Below are positions 61,197-64,000 of a DNA stretch of 64,000 nt, piece by piece. The notes beneath the pieces are model-generated. The model had not been told where the DNA came from. It saw only the letters and a list, made by a program, of their open reading frames with translations, and did no database searches. The first letter of the stretch is position 1; every line of letters starts with the position of its first letter. Position numbers and translations under genes: made by a program. Source of the DNA: the human T2T-CHM13v2.0 reference genome, Homo sapiens; NCBI RefSeq assembly GCF_009914755.1, contig NC_060929.1; one strand, 5' to 3'.

Positions 61197-64000
61197 AAAG
61201 CCTTTTCCAATTAAATCTGCACTGCTCACCCGTGCCTCATATGAGTAGATCCTTTACAGTACATGCAATGCGGTGCTTACACCAGACCATTTTGATCTTC
61301 AAAATAAGCCAGTGAGGTTATCTGGATGGCTATTATTTCCCCAACTTCCCAGGTAAGGAAGTGCAAGCCAAGGCACGTATGGCTTGCTGAGGGTCACACC
61401 ACTCACAATAAGTGGCAGAGCTGTCCTCAAGCCCAGATATCCTGACCCCAAGACTGAAGTTACCATGACTCAGGTCAAGCAAGAAATCTCATTATCGAGA
61501 TTGGGCTTTTGCTTATTTGTTGAAAACTCAACAGTTTTCTTAGGCCTACACCTCAAATCAATGCTTATATATAGATCTTCTGCATTTTTTTCCTGACAGC
61601 CTGAATAACAAGTTTCCCTCCCTCCTATAATATCTACTAGAACAATAAAAATGATGCCTCATATGTTCTTATGTATTTCTAGTTCAGGTTATTTTGCTTT
61701 ATTTTGTATAATCTTTTAAGCCACTTTATATATACACGGATAGATCCATTTTTAAACCTTTTTTTCTGCTTGAAAACAATTTGTAGAGAATTTTCATGTA
61801 TGTAATCTCAACTGATTATCAAAGCAAACTGAGTTAAAGCAGATTTCTTTACCCATGTTTGAAACTGAATCTTAGAGAAGAAACTGAGCCACAAGGAAGT
61901 TAAAGTGACATGTTCAGGGTCACAACTACCTAATTTGTTGCAAAGGTAGAACTAGAATCTTACTTCTGATTCTCCCTTCAACCTTCTTCCGCTGGACCAA
62001 ACTAGAGCGTAATACATGAGTTTAAATATCCGGGTTTGATTCTCAGTCCTGTTTTCATTTTCCACACTGGCTAAAATGGAACTAATGAAGAAGGCAGAAT
62101 GTTAGGTTGAAAAAAAAAAAAAAAAAAAGATCTTGTAGGAGAGCAAAGAAAACCTAGGTTCTCCCAAGGAGCCAGGACCACTGTCACTCAGGTGAATTCC
62201 ATAAATGCATGTAAAAGCAGGGAGGAGTAAAGAGATGGCTATCTAAGCCTCTGTTTGCTCTCCTGTCTCTGGAGGTATTCCCTCTCACCACTTCATTCCA
62301 CAGAGCTTCGAGAGGCTGGAGACTGCACACTGCCAGGACAGAAATTTAACAGAAGCTGGTGGACGCCTCCCTATACCTGAGGGTGCTCTCTAGGTCACAT
62401 GGCCTTTCTTCCGTATTGATAAGATTTGTACCCCATCCAGGTCAGTAGCAGCTCTCTGGGGTGGAAACAATGAGGAAAGTTATGCTGAAAGGAGAGCTGG
62501 CTTTTAGGATATGCAGCCATATCAACTGGAATGCTACTGGGTACAATGATTCCTAAAGGAATTACTTTCAACTCTGCAATACTTAATCTGAAATAAATGG
62601 CAGGGAGTTGACTTTATTTTTTAATTAAAATTGCAGCTTTTAATTCAACTGAAATTGTGCTGGAAGCCTTAAATAAGCACCAGATATTATTATAATTGAC
62701 TGACGTACAACCCCAGGTTCTGAAAAATACAAATTTGGATAATTCAGAATAAAATATTATAGGTTTACTTTTAAAGAAGGCATGTCTTGATGAAATATTC
62801 AGTCCTTCACAGATGAAAAGGAAACTCACAGCCTCTCAGCAGCAGGACATGCAGGGCAAGCTTTTATTCTAGTCCTGAGAGTTATTCATGCAAGGAGCCA
62901 CACAGAGAATTTCCCTTTGATCAATAGGATGGATTTGTAAGATGTCTGACTGAGGTTGGGTTGTGGCCAAGAGACAGAACTCTTCTGTGCAAAACACTTG
63001 TAAATGCAGGGACTGAATATATGGCTTGACTTGGAAATATAAAATGAGGATAAATGTTTTCTAAGGTATGAATTTACATTTTATTTACGACTCTGCTTTC
63101 ATGCTAAATTAAATCAGTAATTAGAGCTTCACATCCTCACACAGCTACATATACAGAAAAAAATTCCTGGCCCACCTTCCATGGAATCTCAGGACAAAAG
63201 TCTGGAAGATTTGGGTTTTTTTTTAATGGAGAAGGGAATGCCATAAGGCATGTGTACGGCAAAAGCAAACCATTTAAACATGTCTCGGGTTGTGCAATGG
63301 GATTTAGCATCATTGCAATTAAATAATATATTCTGTGAATTTGCCCAAAACCATCCTCCACACTGTCTTGCATACTCGCCAGCACACAAAGTGAAGGGAC
63401 TCTCCACTGCGACAATGATGTCGTCTCTATCTTTAGCCATTACTTTATTCAGTAGTCCAACAAATACATTTTAAACACAACTGTGGGCCAGGTATCAGGA
63501 TAGATAGGTAGGTAGGGGTAGAGAAGAGAGAAATAGAAGGCACAATCCTTGCTTTTTGGATTTTAGAGTCATGTCTTGTTTTTTATAAGGGTTTTGCTTT
63601 TTTTCTGAATATGAAAATAAAAAATGATCCTTGTAGGAAAATTGAATATTATTTTCTAATATTAATCCTGCACTAAATGTGCTAAGTACTCTGTACACAC
63701 GATCTTATTTAATCCTTATAATAACCCTATAAAGAAGATAATAGTACTATCCACACTTTACAGATGAATGCTACTATCCCCATTTTACAGATGAAAAAAC
63801 TGAGACTCAGTAAAAATATGAGACTCAGGATGTAGAACATGATCTGATTTCAGAATCTAAGTTCTTAAACATTTAGCTTTATGACAGTTATCTCCAAAAT
63901 GGGGCATTCTTTCTAGGAGGGGTATAAAATAATCCCTAGGATACAGGGGGAAATGTTAGAAAATCTCTGTAGATTTATACTTATATTTAATATATGGATT

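Overview
This is human (primate) genomic DNA, repeat-dense and almost entirely non-coding. The only functional coding sequence I can support is the first coding exon of TBCA (tubulin folding cofactor A; minus strand, 14241-14189, MADPRVRQIKIKTGVVKR), set in a CpG-island promoter with an NRF1 palindrome and GC boxes. Positions 1-14188 are TBCA intron 1. About 8.5 kb upstream, on the opposite strand, is a full-length processed beta-actin pseudogene (probably ACTBP2) with target-site duplications (TSDs) and three frameshifts. Mobile elements include three MER4-group solo LTRs, a MER41B-like LTR with one intact STAT (GAS) site, a 5'-truncated SVA with a 15-bp TSD, and an internally deleted HERV9/LTR12 provirus (matching TTAC TSD, intact PBS, 8 CCAAT boxes). 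There are also about 17 Alus, old L1, MaLR and Tigger/hAT fossils, and microsatellites. I find no convincing evidence of a novel gene system. The best leads are regulatory (LTR enhancers around the TBCA promoter, intron-retention/uORF logic at exon 1, possible conserved non-coding blocks) and mechanistic (templated micro-rearrangements, an LTR-derived patch at the HERV9 deletion junction). Repeat subfamily names come from recognition by eye and many repeat boundaries are approximate.
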